DNA of 50,832 nucleotides from Seison nebaliae (Eukaryota): contig JALJEE010002282.1 in assembly GCA_023231475.1 (NCBI GenBank), positions 124,001 to 174,832 on the forward strand. Reading direction: 5' to 3'. The translations under genes were made by a program, and so were the position numbers. The notes under the pieces were generated by a model. That model saw nothing but the letters and a program-made list of their open reading frames with translations. It did not search any database and was not told where the DNA came from. Position 1 is the stretch's first letter; every line of letters starts with the position of its first letter. Below, in pieces: positions 48,936 through 50,832 of the stretch.

Positions 48936-49274
48936 TTAAGACTTGAAATAATATGATGGCCCCGAGATACATATGTATGGAGAAAGAATATCGAGAACAT
49001 GGTTATCGATTGAAAAATTAGATATTAAGGATTCAGCATCTTCCACTGTGTTGAGAAGTGGAATCTCGTAATAGTAGCAGAAAAAGTAGACAGGATTCGT
49101 AAACAGCTCACACTGTTCGTAAGTCGGATATCGGAAGTCAGATAATTTTATGTTTTGGATGAGAGCAATAAACCTTTGCCCAACAAAAGAGGAAGAGCAG
49201 GAAGCCCGGTAATCGAGAACATAAAGGCACGATGTTAATAATCTCATTATATCTTTATTCTTCATTAAATTCAT
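48936..49274 (-). CDS. Possible short orphan ORF (112 aa)
   Basis: ATG-initiated ORF with elevated GC, head-to-head with the gene at 49354; no recognisable domain. Confidence 0.3.
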   Translation of the reverse strand: MNLMKNKDIMRLLTSCLYVLDYRASCSSSFVGQRFIALIQNIKLSDFRYPTYEQCELFTNPVYFFCYYYEIPLLNTVEDAESLISNFSIDNHVLDILSPYICISGPSYYFKS

Positions 49275-49353
49275 TTATCAGGATCAATGTTCTATTTTAC
49301 CAATACGTAAATCTAAATAAAACATGCAGTAGCAGAAACTTCACCTTCTGTGA

Positions 49354-50464
49354 ATGAAAATAACGCAACAAATATTCAACACTATATTAATTCACCGAAT
49401 ATCGACCCAGGATATTCATTATATTCTGTCGATAAGTCGTTTGTGGAAGAAGTTTCCATCTATGAACTATTTTTTTGTTAACCAAACATTCTTACAGGTA
49501 CTTTATGAAGTTTATAACAATGATGATGAAATTGAAATGTCGTACAAGAAAGACCTACGAGATAGCATCCTAGTTTATGGCGGTAAGAACGGTAAAACAT
49601 TCCAAAAACATAGTCATGAAAATAGGTGGATAATAATGTTTAATTTCTGTTCTGTTCATGAAATTATATTATTTCTTTTCAATAAAATGGTAGTTGGCAG
49701 AATAAGCTGCAGGTACACTCGTACACATCTAGTATTGAAACTTTGTACTATCTATGCCATTTTGGTTGCGCTTGCCAAAACGGTTCTGATAAATTAACTA
49801 TATTTTTGAGCGATATCAATATCCATTGTTTATTTTATTAAAACTTGTGATATAATATTAAATCAGTTTCACATTGCAATAACTTCACCCAAATGAAAGA
49901 AGTGAAGAAGTATTACATTTATTATATGGAAAATCAGTTAACAAATATTCCGTGCAATCGAACTTATTCTCATCAATCAATTATTAATGACAAGTATGGA
50001 ATTCAATTCTTTCGAGATAAATCTCTAGTTTTACTTCTCTCCTCCTTACATTTCATGTTTGGATTCTTTCTAGTTCAAATTGAAGGGCAATGAGAAAAAT
50101 TTCGTAATGTATTTCTCCAAAGGTGAAGTACTCGATATATTGGATAACTTGGACTCAAACTATCCTAAATGGAGTGAAGATTTAGTTGAAGGAAAAGTTG
50201 TAAAATTTGAATTAGGGTTAAACTATTAAATTGATGTTTTCTGCTCAATATTTAATTGATCTAACTAATTAGGCAAACAAGTTCTATACTGCAGGTTGAG
50301 AATAATGGCATTTTAATGTATTGTTCCTTTCACTATTCATACCGGAGAGTAAAATGTGCAAGTTATTTTCATTAATAATTTTAAAAAAAAGAAAAATTTT
50401 ATTTTTAGTTTCAGGTGCTTTTCTGAATCTGTCATTTAATGGAGATTTGGAATGTATTGGTTAA
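49354..50464 (+). CDS. Predicted 6-exon orphan (~273 aa), N-terminus weakly F-box-like
   Basis: Exons 49354-49637, 49694-49782, 49867-50027, 50074-50216, 50273-50361 and 50409-50464 join in phase without stops via five GTT..AG introns (46-84 nt). ITQQIFNTILIHRISTQDIHYILSISRLWKK loosely fits F-box spacing. Confidence 0.55.
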
Positions 50465-50832
50465 ACCCTATAAGTTTCATGATTAACATAATTTATGGTG
50501 ATTATAATAATTGGCGACTACAAAAATTTTTTGGTGAAATAATTTATTTTCATTATAAACGAATTATTCGCAAATATATATTTGAGTTTTTCTTTCGAAA
50601 TATGATGTAATTTCATCATTTTTATATTCTTTTAAATTATTACTTAATTATTAAATTCATTTCATCATCAATGGTGCATCTCAATAATTTTATATACTCC
50701 TCGTCAAAACTTTAAATACTATCATTTTGCATTGGAAATTGAAAATTCAGGTTTATTTTTGTCAAAACTTTAAAAACAGACATAAATTGTATAAAATTAA
50801 TGGTCATAAACGTTTCCTTTCTTTTCTAAAAC

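Noticed and set aside
10..50464. Alternative genetic code or TAG reassignment (no reconstructed gene ends in TAG)
   Set aside because: The sample is small and the genome AT-rich. All in-frame interruptions are explained by introns, and conserved motifs translate correctly with the standard code.
1..50832. Prokaryotic systems (CRISPR, operons, defence islands)
   Set aside because: The DNA is eukaryotic with spliceosomal introns; no repeat-spacer arrays were seen.

Overview
AT-rich eukaryotic nuclear DNA from a very compact animal genome. The metazoan assignment is inferred from a Fer2/PTF1-type bHLH, a neurensin-like protein and a type I LRR receptor; the exact taxon cannot be fixed from sequence alone. 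Two gene-dense blocks (1-25.9 kb and 45.4-50.5 kb) flank a ~19.5 kb stretch with no recognisable genes. By manual splicing I reconstructed about 17 protein genes: a PDZ protein, an orphan, CPOX, METTL9, a Fer2-like bHLH, COX7C, a neurensin-like protein, a trypsin-like protease, a C2H2 orphan, a WGR-PARP, IARS1, ATP5PB, an LRR-TM receptor, an EF-hand protein, METTL5, a secreted Gly/Pro/Arg repeat protein and a 6-exon orphan. There are also tRNA-Ser(GCT) and tRNA-Pro(TGG). The most striking signal is the splicing code. Introns are tiny (39-76 nt, one of 207 nt), 35 of 38 reconstructed donors start GTT, and none matches GTRAG. Several acceptors are AAG or GAG. This suggests a rewired U1/U6 5'-splice-site recognition system. 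Other highlights: a PARP carrying the natural equivalent of the hyperbranching Y986H substitution, a Fer2-like HLH lacking its basic region, convergent genes whose stops are 2 nt apart, and a structured 207-nt intron in METTL5. All exon boundaries are manual inferences without RNA data.
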